A stretch of 63,967 nt of DNA, filler included, from Intoshia linei (GCA_001642005.1; 8 parts of 8 records of this genome joined end to end with filler, not necessarily neighbours in it); one strand, 5' to 3'; positions 43,611 to 56,400 are shown, counted from the first letter of the whole stretch. Program-made: numbers and translations. Notes: a model not told the origin generated them from the sequence alone.

Positions 43611-43881
43611 CATTTTTAAAAGTTAGTACGTTTTTATTCTGGTCGCTTTAATTAAAGTGGCCAGAAAAAATACGGACTCAATTTTAGTTTATTTGGTATT
43701 AAATGTAAATTAAAAACTATATATTATATATATGATGAATAAAATTTTCGCCCTAAAATTTATTCCAAATAAACTAAGTGATAGTAGATATTTTTTTGAC
43801 CACTTTACTTTATATTTCAATAAACGACGATAATATGTTATGATAAATAATTTAAAAGTATCTTTGTTTTATTATATCAGT

Positions 43882-44734
43882 ATGGAATATTTATCAGACA
43901 ATGAAATGCTTAGATCAAAAAAAAGTTATAAACCTGGATTCATTTTCCGGGAAGAACCATATGCATATGTTGTAAATTCTGAATATTTGGGAAAAGTTTG
44001 CAATAATTGTTTTAAAAGGTAATGATTAATAATGATATGTAATTGTTAATATAAAATAGAAAAAAATGTTATAAATAGAATATAAAAAAAATAACAACAA
44101 CTCTTAACTCGTAGATAGGTCAGTGGCCCCAGGTCAGATAAAAATTGTAGGTCCCTGTGAACATTTTACACTTTTTGACTTTTTTTGGGAATATGTATTA
44201 CGATAGACACCGATTAAATTATATCACTGATGAAATTATTAAATGATGAAATTGTTTCCGTTTAACATAATTCAGATTAACTGAAAGTTCACACGAAGAG
44301 TAACTTATATAAATATAGAACACAACTGAAAACATGCTCAAACTGCAAATCTGTATACTACTGTACTTCAAAATGTCAGGTATTTTAATTTTTTTTGATT
44401 TCGTTTATTTTTACACATCTTTTTAACACTCTCGCACGCAGACATTTTTTTTTAAATTAATTTTTTATAATGCCATAATTTCCACAGTGACTAGAAAAAA
44501 TATATCAGAAAATTCATGTTTGTAAAAAGTTTGTTTGTAATTAGCGTCAATTTTAAGTTCACATTCCAATTACATATGCAGTTTATGAATGTGAGAGTGT
44601 TAATGGGTCTTTTTTGACAATTTATTTAGATTGAAAATTGGAATAATGTACACAAGTATATTTGTAAATATCTCAAAATGAAACCTGATATAAACCCTCA
44701 ATCTAGGTTTCTACTGCAGTTAATGTGCAAGAAG
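43882..44734 (+). CDS. SET and MYND domain lysine methyltransferase (SMYD2/3-like), 5' exons
   Basis: Exon 43882..44018 ...YKPGFIFREEPYAYVV..VCNNCFK. Exon 44319..44379 LKTCSNCKSVYYCTSKCQ. Exon 44630..44734 ENWNNVHKYICK. Together these form a split-SET N-segment plus MYND zinc finger. The remainder is unresolved (possible exon at ~45014, then the gap). Confidence 0.8.
44427..44599. mobile_element. Short TTAA-flanked MITE in a SMYD intron
   Basis: TTAA|CACTCTCGCA ... TGTGAGAGTG|TTAA. Confidence 0.6.
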
Positions 44735-45459
44735 GTTTATCCTAACTTATATAAAACTCTTTGTTTGTCGGTTTGTTTGTAATACAGACTTAATGTTATC
44801 GTTTATTTCAATGACTAAGAATTTTAGAATTTTAAAATTCCATATTTCTATTACAGTTTTTCGGGGGTGAAAGTAAGATTTAATATTTGTTTGCACCACT
44901 ACATACACGTCTACATACGCATTGGAAGGATTCAAATAGTAGAATTTTATTAATTTTACAAATTCATTTTTTTCCAATTTAGAACAGTTCTTTCCAATTT
45001 TTGTCATTTTTAGAATTTTTCATGAGGAAATGGAACACAACAAATTCTTTGAAAGTATTGTCTCTATTTATTTGGTTAAATGTATTAATTTTATTATAAA
45101 TAAGTATGCATTTTTCAATTTGTATCTACGAAAAATGGGATCTATCGTTTACTCAAGAAAGTGGGAATAAAATTTTAATTTTCTGCATCCCCTTTTTACT
45201 GTAAGCTTCCAATTTATCATAGAATCTACATGAAATAGGGATTTAAAACTATAAAACCGCAGATAAAACAATTTAAATTTTAAATTACAATAAAATGTTA
45301 AATTGTAAAATTTATGCCAAACACTTAAAATCTATTTTATCAAAATATATTATATCAATTTAATGATTGATGAATTAATGAGATTTAGAAGCATTTTAAA
45401 TTTCAAAGTGATTTAATACTTACTTACATGAAATGGTTTTAAAAGTTTTATATTTTAAA

Positions 45460-46248
45460 CTAGGTTATCTGTTATGTACTACGTACAAACAGCACCTAGC
45501 TCTGCCGATGGCATATTTTTATTCTACCTACTAACAAAATTGTATTACTTTTAGATATCGTTGATGTAGTTTTAATCTAAATTTTTAATTAAATGTTTTG
45601 AAAGTGAGAGTTTGAGATTGAAAAATTGCGAAGGAATGAATCATATAGATTTTCACCGAGAATGGGTAGATTTCTGGAGTTTAAATTTTATATATATATA
45701 TATATATCAACTGGAATAAGCTCTATCAGAATAATCTATTTTTTTATTTTCCGACGTTGATTATTTCACATTTTTTGTTTTATGTTAATAAAATATTTCG
45801 GAAAAAAAATATATGAATACTAAATTTTTTTTTGACCGTGAAAACGTAACTTATTCAGATTGAAATTTTTTGTGTTTATTAACTGAATACAAGTATACCA
45901 CCTGTAAATTTTTTTTAATTCTAAGGCTCTTTTTATTAAATGAAAAGGGTTATTTGGAGTTTTGGCCCTAAAGATAGATTTTTTTTGAAATTTAAATTTA
46001 TGATTATCAAATCTGTATCAGAGTATATATTTTTTAAATTCTCGAATTGGTTTGATTTTAAAAAAAAGGATAATTGAACTTTTTGACCCGTAAGATGTGA
46101 ATTTGGGAGGTTGAAATATATTTTGCTTACACCTCGGAAAAAACTGTATTTGAAATGTGGACTTTATACAATTTTAAGACTGGTAGTTATTGAAATAAAC
46201 GGTAACACACACAAACAAATATTGTATAGCATATTATATAAGTAAGTA
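45460..46248 (-). mobile_element. Helitron-like family copy with both termini
   Basis: CTAG 3' end with the GTACGTAGTAC hairpin at 45460-45490. 5' end CTTACTTATATAATATGCTA at ~46248. Confidence 0.7.
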
Positions 46249-46731
46249 TATGTAAAAATTTAAAAGAAAAATTTTTATTTAAAATATTTACTTAGTCATT
46301 TTACAGTTATTGAGTAATATCTTTTTTAGCATCATCCATAAATCTCATAAACTAAAATGTCAATACATATATAAAATTATAAATTAATTACCCTAAACCA
46401 TTTGTCAATTTTTTCATAATTCACGGTTGTTATGCTTTCAATGAATTCCATTTTTTGAACGGTAGGGTGTTTTTCTTTATCGTAAAACTCTTTCAGAAAT
46501 GCCAATTCCTCTTTTGAAACACGAATTCCCAATAATNNNNNNNNNNNNNNNNNNNNNNNNNNNNNNNNNNNNNNNNNNNNTTAATTAATTAANNNNNNNN
46601 NNNNNNNNNNNNNNNNNNNNNNNNNNNNNNNNNNNNAAACAGTGATGAAATCTCTTATTCGCCATAATAATAATATTTCTGGGGCCTTGTAGGCTGTAGC
46701 ACCGTTATATAAATTTTAAGACATAATTGTA

Positions 46732-48060
46732 TTGCCATTATTAGATAGTTCTGTTGTAGAACAAGCACCAATAGATGTACCAAATGTTAAAGATACCATG
46801 GAAAATACAAAAATATTGATAAATAAATGTGTCACAAAAATAAATAAAATAGTGAAACCTTTGACAAATCTTTGCAATCTTGCAAAACGAAAAACTATTA
46901 CACTTACCAAAGGTACCGTTACCCGATTTCTCTTTCGACAATAATAACAATATGTATGTGTTATGACAGGTCAAAACTATGGGTAGGTTGAAAGAAAATA
47001 GTCTAAAACAGAAGAAAATATATTTCGGTACTGGTGAACGTATAATAGTTAGTGATAAAGAATATGATGTGGAAATAACGGATGATGCAGACGTTAAAAC
47101 GGTAATGAAAGTACGTGTTATTAGTACTAAATTGCGTGATGGAAAGATATATATTTCTCCAATAAATTGTAGATTGTTAGGTCTGTCAGTGAATGATTGC
47201 AGTAAAATTGATTTGCGTTATTCTGAAAAGATTTTTGATGTATTACGACTTTGGCGTGCTGATCGTAATGACCAAGGACTACATCGCCTAGGTAAACCTA
47301 TACCAAGATCGGGTATAGTTAGCACCGGTATCGATACTGTACTATCAACAGTACTATCAAATGTAACGTATAGTGTTGTAGTGATAAGGCGTTATCTACA
47401 AAGGTTTTGGTATCAAATAATGACGATACAACAGTTGATAATTGTACAGATGTGGAGAAAGATGATAACGAAAATGGTAAGAATATTATTAATGCGGGTT
47501 TATCTAGAAAAATAATTGCAGAGTATTTGGGTTATTGTCGAGATATACATGAGACTAATTATAAGATGATGCGAGAATTCGCCTATGAATACGCAGAAAT
47601 GTATAGTGCCGTACCATTATGTGTTAAAGCTTTGGATCACAATTTTGGTATAATTAATTCAGATGGAACTTGGTTAATTGAACCCAAAGAGACGAAACAA
47701 AACTACAGAAAATTTTTTTCTTCTAATGAATTTCATGATTTTTCAAAGCTCAGTGCTTTTAAGGATTCTCTTTGTGTTGTTAATGATTATTGTGAAATAG
47801 GGATGGAAATTGATGTGGTACGTCAATTTCTTACTTTACCAGTACTGTATAATGTGAATTATAGTTTCATACAAGCTGCACCGGGTACAAGTAAAACTAC
47901 TCATATTATTCGAAACGCTAGGTCTATTATGGGTGATGAGAAAGTGGATACCATAATTGTTAATACTTGTGAAGGCAGGGATGATGTAAGAAATCGCATG
48001 AATCAATATTATAATGTACCTACTTTGAGCGAATATAAACAAAATAAATTGGTGAGGTAA
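46732..48060 (+). pseudogene. Endogenous viral element: replicase fragment ending in a virga/tobamo-like superfamily-1 RNA helicase (truncated after Walker A)
   Basis: Three consecutive intron-less ORFs joined by a stop and a frameshift. The last has NFGIINSDGTWLIEP (cf. the tobamovirus helicase accessory region FGxxDxxxxxWLIKP), Walker A FIQAAPGTSKTTHII at 47875-47898, and motif Ia DTIIVNTCEGRDDVRNR. It breaks at KLVR, before Walker B. Confidence 0.75.
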
Positions 48061-48171
48061 TAAATTTCAATCAATGCATTGGAAAATTTTATGACATTAT
48101 TAAATAATTGGTATTTCAAAAAAAATTGATTAGATTGGTTTTTGTTATTGTTTACAACTGTCACCTTACAT

Positions 48172-48481
48172 CAGTGCTTTCCAAGCGGTTTGTCGTGACA
48201 CTTTTGTGTGTCGCCAAACTTTATATAATTTTTTTTTAATTCCATTAGCAGACAATACAATTGGAAGACGTAAAAATGCAAATAAAAGATATTTTTAGTG
48301 ATGATGATAAATTTTAAATAGCTTATTTTCAGATTATTATTAAAAAAAAATTGGTTTAAATTATATTTATCGATTTATTTACTATATTTATTTACAATCG
48401 TTTATTTTTTTGATTGGTGTGTAGCGAAATTTTTTGAGATCTAAATATGTGTCGCCAACCAAAAATGGTTGGAAAGCACTG
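48172..48481. mobile_element. hAT (Charlie-type) MITE
   Basis: Perfect 13-bp TIR CAGTGCTTTCCAA...TTGGAAAGCACTG and perfect 8-bp TSD CCTTACAT (48164-48171 and 48482-48489). Confidence 0.9.
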
Positions 48482-48601
48482 CCTTACATACTTACTCATA
48501 CATTTAAGATTAAAAATATTACAAAATACTTATTCTGATATGCCCTTTTTACATGTAAGTTTTATTTGTTAATATAATTGTCTGAATAGATTTCTGAATC
48601 C

Positions 48602-50113
48602 ATGTCAATGCAAAAAAAGATTGTACTTGAACACTTCCAAATTTTGTCGGGAATTGACGAGACATATAAATGTTGTCAAAAAGTGTTGGTACGACGCAAA
48701 GCGTCTGGTTGGTCGAATCTGTATAAGCACATTCAGGTACATATCATTTATTATATACACATATATTCAGGTACATCATTCTGCAACGAATAATTTGAAT
48801 TTTGGAACTACAAAAAAATCCCATAGTATTTTCAGATGGATCGAATGGGTTTGCGTTGGAATGAAACCATTTGCATTTGTGGAAGATCCACTTACAAGAA
48901 TAAACATTTGTTTGGAACTTATATCTGCAAAGTCTCTAAAGTTATACATGGAATAACTGACCAAAAAGGTACAAATAAAGATTTCAAATGTTCTTCCAAA
49001 AAAATTCGCAATAATTTTAGATGGTTGGACCAAAGGAAGCACTCATTTCGTTGCAATTTTTGGAAGTTACAGTGACATTGATGAGGAAAATGGATATTCA
49101 ACTTTCCTCTTATCTTTTCTCCTTTAATGACCGATGAAACCACATTAAGTGCACAACTCATTATGATTTGATTTTAGAAACTTTAAATATTTTTGATAAA
49201 ACCCTTGATAATGTGGTAGCATTAATTGGAGACAATTGTGAAACTAACAAATCCCTCAGCACAATTTGTGGTGTACCATTTGTCGGATGTGCAAGTCATA
49301 GATTTAATTTGGCTATTAAAGACTACATAAATCAACATGTACAATTATTAGGAAAAGTCAATAATTTAATGGCAAAATTAAAAAACATTAAATTATCGGC
49401 TGCCTTGCATCATTTTACTCAACATAAACGTGTTCAAATGAACGTAACAAGATGGAGTAGTACAGCTGAAATAATCAATAGGTAAACTAATCTTTAAAAT
49501 TACCTATTATTATTAATATTTATTTATTTAAATATTTTATGCTTAGACCTTATTTGGAATTTTTGCCCCAAATACACGAATTTACATTGAATGAAAATGA
49601 AATTAATACTTACATAAACAACATAAACATAAAAAAATTTAACTCCGTAACATTAGCTTTACAACGAACATCAACAGATATGGTTGATGTACGAAATATC
49701 TTTAAAGAACTATTAATACAATATCCATCTATGAGCAGATACCTTAATGAAGATTCGAAAATTGTTTTGAGCAAACATTTTAAGAAAGGAGTTGTGAAAA
49801 TTCTTGATAATCATGAACATTTGCTGCTTAAACCTGAATTAAAAGCTGTGAAATTATAAAAATAAATGATTCAGGTAATATTTAATTTATTTATTTATAA
49901 TAATTGATGAGGAGAATTGTGATTTGGCTTCTAGTATAATAAAAAAAGAAAATCCAATTCGAATGATACTGCATACCTTAATTGTAAGTTTATCGTCCTA
50001 ACATCTGATATAGTTGAAAGATTTTTCAGTTTGGGAGGATTTACTTATACAAATTTAAGGAAACGGTTATTACCATCAAATTTGGAGAATCAGCTATTCC
50101 TAAAACTCAACTA
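48602..50113 (+). pseudogene. BED-finger hAT transposase pseudogene with spliceosomal introns
   Basis: YKCC..GWSNLYKHI (BED), FAIILDGWT (first Asp), LIGDNCETN (second Asp), GCASHRFNL (CxxH), VTRWSS, and PTSD-like TSDIVERFFS (Glu). Contains stops and frameshifts. Short introns at ~48737-48770 and ~49482-49547. Confidence 0.85.
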
Positions 50114-50344
50114 AAAATTTTGGGACACTGAGACAATTCAGAATATGGATATGTTGTAATTGTTATGTAAATAGTTGTTAAATTGAATTTACAGTGATCA
50201 TGGTGATCACTTTATGATCTTGTAGCGATAATAAATTTGTTATTAATAGAAATCCTTGAAACATTACATCATAAAGTATATATTATTTTTGATTTTTTTT
50301 GTATTTGTTTTATTTTAATTTTATTATAAACTTATAAAATTAAG

Positions 50345-51310
50345 TCATAAAGGTTGGAAAACGTTCAGGGATAAGAAGTTAGAACAGTTAAAACAATGAT
50401 GGTGTAGAATCATAATATTATGAATTATGATAAATATTGGTTAGATAATTTTAATCATGTAGCTTCAGGGTCAGCTCCTTCTGAATATAAAATTTCTAAC
50501 AGCAAAGTCGGACGAACAACAAAGCGGAGTATGGCACATATTATATCATTAGATGATATTAAAAAGAAGATAAACGAAAAAGCTATTCAATCATCAAAAG
50601 TTCACGGTAAACCTGAATTGGAAAAAACAAGACCTGTTTTTGGAGTAGAATCATTTCACTATTTTGTTAGTGATTATTTTACAAATATAGCAGAAAATTT
50701 ATTTCCAAAAATTCATTTTGACTTGAATGAGAAAACGATGACTGCACTTAGATCAATGACTACTAGATCGCAACAATGTTCGAGAGAGTGAAATTGTGTA
50801 TTGTTTTGATTTTAGTGCATTTGATGAACAGCATAATATTAATGATATGGTAAGTGTTATTGATGTTTTGCGCTATTTTTGATCGGCATTATAATAATGA
50901 TGATAGATAAATTGTTTTAAAATCAATTCAATGGACATCAGAATCAGAATATAACTATGCAATTACCTGATAGTTAAAAGATATATAAGTGTAAATTTGG
51001 ATTATTTTCAGGATCTCGACAGACGACATTAATTAATAGTGTGCTTAATTATATATATATATATATATCAAATTATATAATATTAAAATGATAACAGGCA
51101 AAAATACTATGGTTAAAAATTCATTACATCATGATGATGTTTGGATTATATTTGAAGATGCATCTATATGTGAAACATTCAGTGATTTCGCTCATAAGAC
51201 TGGAGTAAAGAACAATCCACCAAAACAATTATATAGAACTGGTATTGGTGAATACTTGAGGATGTTTTATTATAAAGATGGTTCAATAAACAGATTAATA
51301 AGTAATGTAG
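50345..51310 (+). pseudogene. Endogenous viral element: totivirus-like (Ghabrivirales) RNA-dependent RNA polymerase, degraded
   Basis: Motifs in the correct order across frameshifts: YW..NHVASGS; KPELEKTRPVFG (~50609-50644; cf. KxExGKxRxIY); CFDFSAFDEQH (50802-50834; motif A); GLFSGSRQTTLINSVLNY (50999-51052; motif B); LHHDDVW (51124-51144; decayed GDD); GEYLRMFY (51247-51270; cf. EFLR); GSINRLIS. Confidence 0.9.
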
Positions 51311-51682
51311 ATAACAATAACTACATTTACAATTATTCTAGTAACAAAGGATACAAGAATTAAAATATCGTTGTAAACATTGTTTTTAAATTAAAATCTT
51401 TGATCATAATCTGTGAAGTCATCGTACACAACACTACTATGTATACATGCAATCATGCCATAATGAGCTTATTGATCACCATAATATTATTGTATCCTAT
51501 TATCAACTGGTGTCTGGCGAATTAATCCAAAATAATTGATAAATATTCATATTGAAATGAAATTAAAACTTAAACTGAACTATTCGAGATAAATATTTTT
51601 GTAGGTAAATAATCTTTTACGATTACTTTTTTTTAAGACTAAATAAAAAATCTAATACGATGCTAAAAAGAAACAATCAAAA

Positions 51683-52870
51683 ATGAGAAAAATGTATACC
51701 TTAGAAGAAAAGATTATAAATTATAAATTTTTCTGAAATGAATAGTGCAAAATATACTCAAACTTTCAATTAAATTTGGCATGCCTCTTGGTGTGATTAA
51801 TAAAATTTTAAAGAATAAAGACTCTTTAAAACAGATAAAAATAGATGGGATTGAGGACAAACGCATGTTTGTTAATTTTGCAACCGCTGAAATCGACAAA
51901 CTAGTATATGAGGGGTTTGTTCGAAAGAAATCGAAAAATTTTATTATTTCAGGAAATATGATTAAAACAATAACTCTTAAAATCGGGAAACAGCTAAAAA
52001 AACCCAATTTTAAAGCTTTAAATGGTTGGTTTTCCTGTTTTCAAAAACGTCATAATATTCGTTCTCGTGTTATCAGTAGTGACACAGATCTTGTTAATAC
52101 AAGTTAATTTGAAGCTTTTTCAGATTTTTTTAGAAGTAAAGAAGAGAAATATAGTCCTATGGACATTTATAATTGCGATGGGACAGGCCTGTTTTTCAAA
52201 AATTCTAATTCTAGAATATACGTTTTATCAAATATTGATAAATCTTGTGGAAAATAATGGAAAAGTCACAGATGAATTCCCTGCGTATGATGAAAACGAC
52301 TATAGTGACGATAAATTCATCGATATCTGTGATACCGCACATAGAAGAAGACACCAATCATAAAGACAGCATTGATTATTGTACCTGTAGTAAAGTAGAC
52401 ATAAAAGATGACATTCTATCTAGAATAGAGGCTCTAGAACAGTGATTTTCAACCAGGGGATCGCGAAATTTATCAGAGGGGTCGTGAGAATTTGAAAATT
52501 TTATAAATACATTTATTTATTTTAATATATTATTGACAGTAGTAATATTACGGAAATATTTTTACATTCTGAAAATTTTTAAGTCGCGAAAATTTTTTAT
52601 GTTTATAAGGGATCGCAAACACAAAAATGTTGAAAACCACTGCTCTAGAATGTATTAATAAACTAGAAAAATTCTTTATTTCTGATAACTTGAATGGCTT
52701 AATCGCATTACAAGCGGTGAAATATACTATATTAAAAAAAAGACCCAAAACAATGTGATTTTTATAAAAAAATAAATTAATTAAAAATAAATTTGTTTGT
52801 TCGTTAACTTTTTTTTGAGGAACAAGAAATTTTCATGTAAGTTGCTATTCGTTAAATTGAGGTTTGACTG
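51683..52870 (+). mobile_element. pogo/Tigger (CENP-B-like) transposase relic
   Basis: RKMYTLEEK, KLSIKFGMPLGVINKILKNK, FKALNGWFSCFQKRHNI and DIYNCDGTGLFF (cf. NxDETGL). Right terminus GAGGTTTGACTG|TA at 52870. Confidence 0.8.
52440..52642. mobile_element. hAT (Charlie-type) MITE inserted in the pogo relic
   Basis: TIR CAGTGATTTTCAAC...GTTGAAAACCACTG with 8-bp TSD CTCTAGAA. Confidence 0.85.
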
Positions 52871-53413
52871 TAATTTGAAAAACACTAATATACTCGCTAT
52901 ATACTAATAGACCAGGGATGTCAGACTCAATTTGCTTGGCGGGCCAAATGTAAAAAAGATTATTACGCGGGCCGCACAAAAAAAATCTTTACTCAAAAAA
53001 TTATGTTAAAACNNNNNNNNNNNNNNNNNNNNNNNNNNNNNNNNNNNNNNNNNNNNTTAATTAATTAANNNNNNNNNNNNNNNNNNNNNNNNNNNNNNNN
53101 NNNNNNNNNNNNGTGTTTTTATAAATGTAATGTTGTGTGACCATATGGTCACACTGGGAGTATATGAATTAATAAAATAATTAACGATTTTATAAGGTGC
53201 TCAAAACATATGGACGGGTCTGTAGTGTCCATTTTGTTGTAAGGATAAATACATATTTCATCCTGTTCACAAATTCTAATTTTTTTGAAAAATTTTGTAT
53301 TTAAATTTACTTCATTGTTAACAGGGGGGACCAAGACATAAAAACATTTTTTGATTTATTTTTAAAATTTGTACATTGTCTAATGGACAATGTCTATATA
53401 TAATATAATAACA

Positions 53414-56400
53414 TTAATTTAAATAATTAAAAAAATAAACAAAATAAATTAAAATTACACTAATTAAGAGATTCAATTTCGATTGGTTTTGATTGTTTTT
53501 ATGTTTTTTATCTGAATTATGTTGGTATTTAGACTCTTGAAGAGTATTTTCTTTTAAACTATTAAAAATTAAAATGAATAATTGTAAATTGTACAATGTA
53601 ACTTCAAAACCGATGAAAATCTAAAATGCTCCAATATTTTGTAATCAAAAAAATTTTATAAAAAATGAATAAAATGGTTTGAAATACATATCATAAATTA
53701 TTATAATTACCATTTTAAACTATTATGACTTTTATTACTTATAGAAATCCCTGAAACCTGGTTTCTCGTGAAATTTTTAGTGGGTTTATCTTTTGAGTGA
53801 TTATCATCATTTTTCTTTTTGAAGGTAATTTTGTATCTATGTGCATTTTTCAATAGTTGAGCCACCTTTAATACATTTGCATTATTTAAAAGGCGTATAG
53901 TTTTTTTTGATTCCATGTCAATTTCATCGTCAATAAAATTCTCCATTGTTGCAGGAAATGCTACTAACTCGGGAGATGCCTAAATTATTATTGAAATATA
54001 GAGTTTTCTCACTAATTTGATAATGTCGGAGTTTGAGTTTAGTAATTTAGACATGTACTAAAATTCTACAACATGGATAAGGCACTAACGTCCATACATG
54101 TATTATTAATTTAGCTAAAAATGTATGTCCGTTCTAATTTATTTAATAAAGTAAGGGGTATAGAGTTTTAAAAAAACAATTTTTAATACAGTTTATCGAG
54201 AGTCAGGTTTTATCGCAAATTTTATTTTCAGAAATTTAGTCAACTCTCTATTCAAAAACTGAAATTATTCTATTTTGTAAAAATTAAAAATTAAATGAGT
54301 CCTAAATACCTATTAAATACATACAAATTAGAAAATGGTGAAATTTACAATATCATATTTTAATTTTACCGGTATGTGAATTAATGGCTCTATTGCTGCG
54401 AAAATTGTTGAAGTGTTTGATATCTAAAAAATATACTTACATTTTTTGTTTAATCTTAACTTTAAATTTATCCAGAAAGATGATAAAATTTAATGTAAGA
54501 CTGATAATTTACGGTAATTTATTAATTTGTCAGTATTTTCAACATAAAATTGTCAGTATACACATTAAAATATCAGTAATAAAAAGTATTTTTTCAGTAT
54601 TTAATTACATATTTATATGTTTTTAATTGCTTTCTTGTCAGTACATAATTGCATTTTTGTCAGTAAATATATTAACTAGATCAGTATTCATCGAAAATTG
54701 TAAGTACCTCAACAAAAAAGTATATAGAAATAAACACATTTTATAAAATAAAATTTTGTCCGTAAAAAAATTGAATTGTAAGTTTGATGATTTTAGAGTG
54801 TCAGTATACAAATTATAAATTTAGTTGTTGAAAATTGAATGTAATTATGTCAATCCCTTTAATCTTTTTTATATCTCTCTTGTCTTTATTATTATCCTTG
54901 TGAGATTAATAATTAGGTTAATCTGATGAAATACTTTATATAATAATATTATCCACTACAGACCCAAGTTAAAACTGAAATATTAAGATACGATATTATA
55001 CCTACAAACCAAATTACAAAAAAATTATAAATATTCTATGGTGTTTACACCAGAGAATATTTTTTTAAGAGAAAAAATTGTTAATTAATTGTGTAAGTAT
55101 TTTTCTTTAATTATTTTTCAGTTTTGTAGATGGTTTGTCAGTATTTTAGGTGCCTTTAATGACAAAATAATTATTTTTACTGCCCTTCCAATTTAAATAC
55201 TGACACCTTACCAATTGCCACCTAAAATATTGACAAACCATCTACAATACTGAAAAATCAATGTTTCTACTGACAAACCATCACCAATACTGACAAATCA
55301 ATAAGAAAAATACTGACACAATAAATACCCGCCATAATTTACTTCAGGGTACAGCAACCTTTTTTATCTCGTGGGCCCCGTTTTTGAAAATTTACACATG
55401 ATACATTTCAATTTTCAATCAACTGAACAGAAATGGTTCTATTATATTCAAAAAAATAAAATCAAGGGCGTATGAAAATTCAGTATATCAGTGTATTAAA
55501 ATTATTAGTTTGCCAATTATAATAGAAAATTTTTAAAACAGTGATTAAAATTTAAAAATTTACTCAAAAGTTTATTAATACTTCTCCAATCGAAAACAAA
55601 ATTATTATGTAGCCACTGGTTGTCGACCCCTGATTTAAATGAAGTGATATAATAAAATAATATAATAACTTATTATTTTAATTATATAATATTAATTTTA
55701 TTGAAAAGTTACAGTATTTGATGTATTAATCTGATTTTCCTTGGTACGTGGAATTGTATGATGCATATTAATAGTTTTGTTTGTTTCATTAATCATTTTA
55801 TTTCTCAAAATAGTCATTCTATCTTGTAAATATTTTAATTTTTCATTCTAAGATACATACATTTATTTATTATAATATTATATTATTATATATTACACTA
55901 TACAACACTGAAAAAAATTTTTGCTTAAAAATAAAATAATATGCAAATATGAATTATTATTCTTTATGGTGGATTTCAAATTTTGTCTATTTGTTAATTA
56001 TTAAAACTTNNNNNNNNNNNNNNNNNNNNNNNNNNNNNNNNNNNNNNNNNNNNTTAATTAATTAANNNNNNNNNNNNNNNNNNNNNNNNNNNNNNNNNNN
56101 NNNNNNNNNTAAAATCTTGAATAGTAACAATTTGATATCTTTTTAGTAATTTAAATTTTTCATTTTGAACAATTTTTACATTTTTTGTAATGGGATTTTC
56201 ATTATATTCAATTAATTTTCCCATGTGTAAAAAATTTGAATTTTCGTCGACGATAATTTTTTCAATAATATATTCATTATTTAACCATAAACTTCCTCGG
56301 TCCGAAGGAATGTCGTTCACACTCGGCCGTAAATTGGTTTTATCCAAAATAAAACCATAAATCTTATCAGTCATTTTGAATGAATGCATTAGGTTGCAAT

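Noticed and set aside
51310-51520. Possible inverted extra viral/helicase fragment (GDQ*AHYGMI on the minus strand)
   Set aside because: Short and stop-ridden, and the motif spacing is not convincing.
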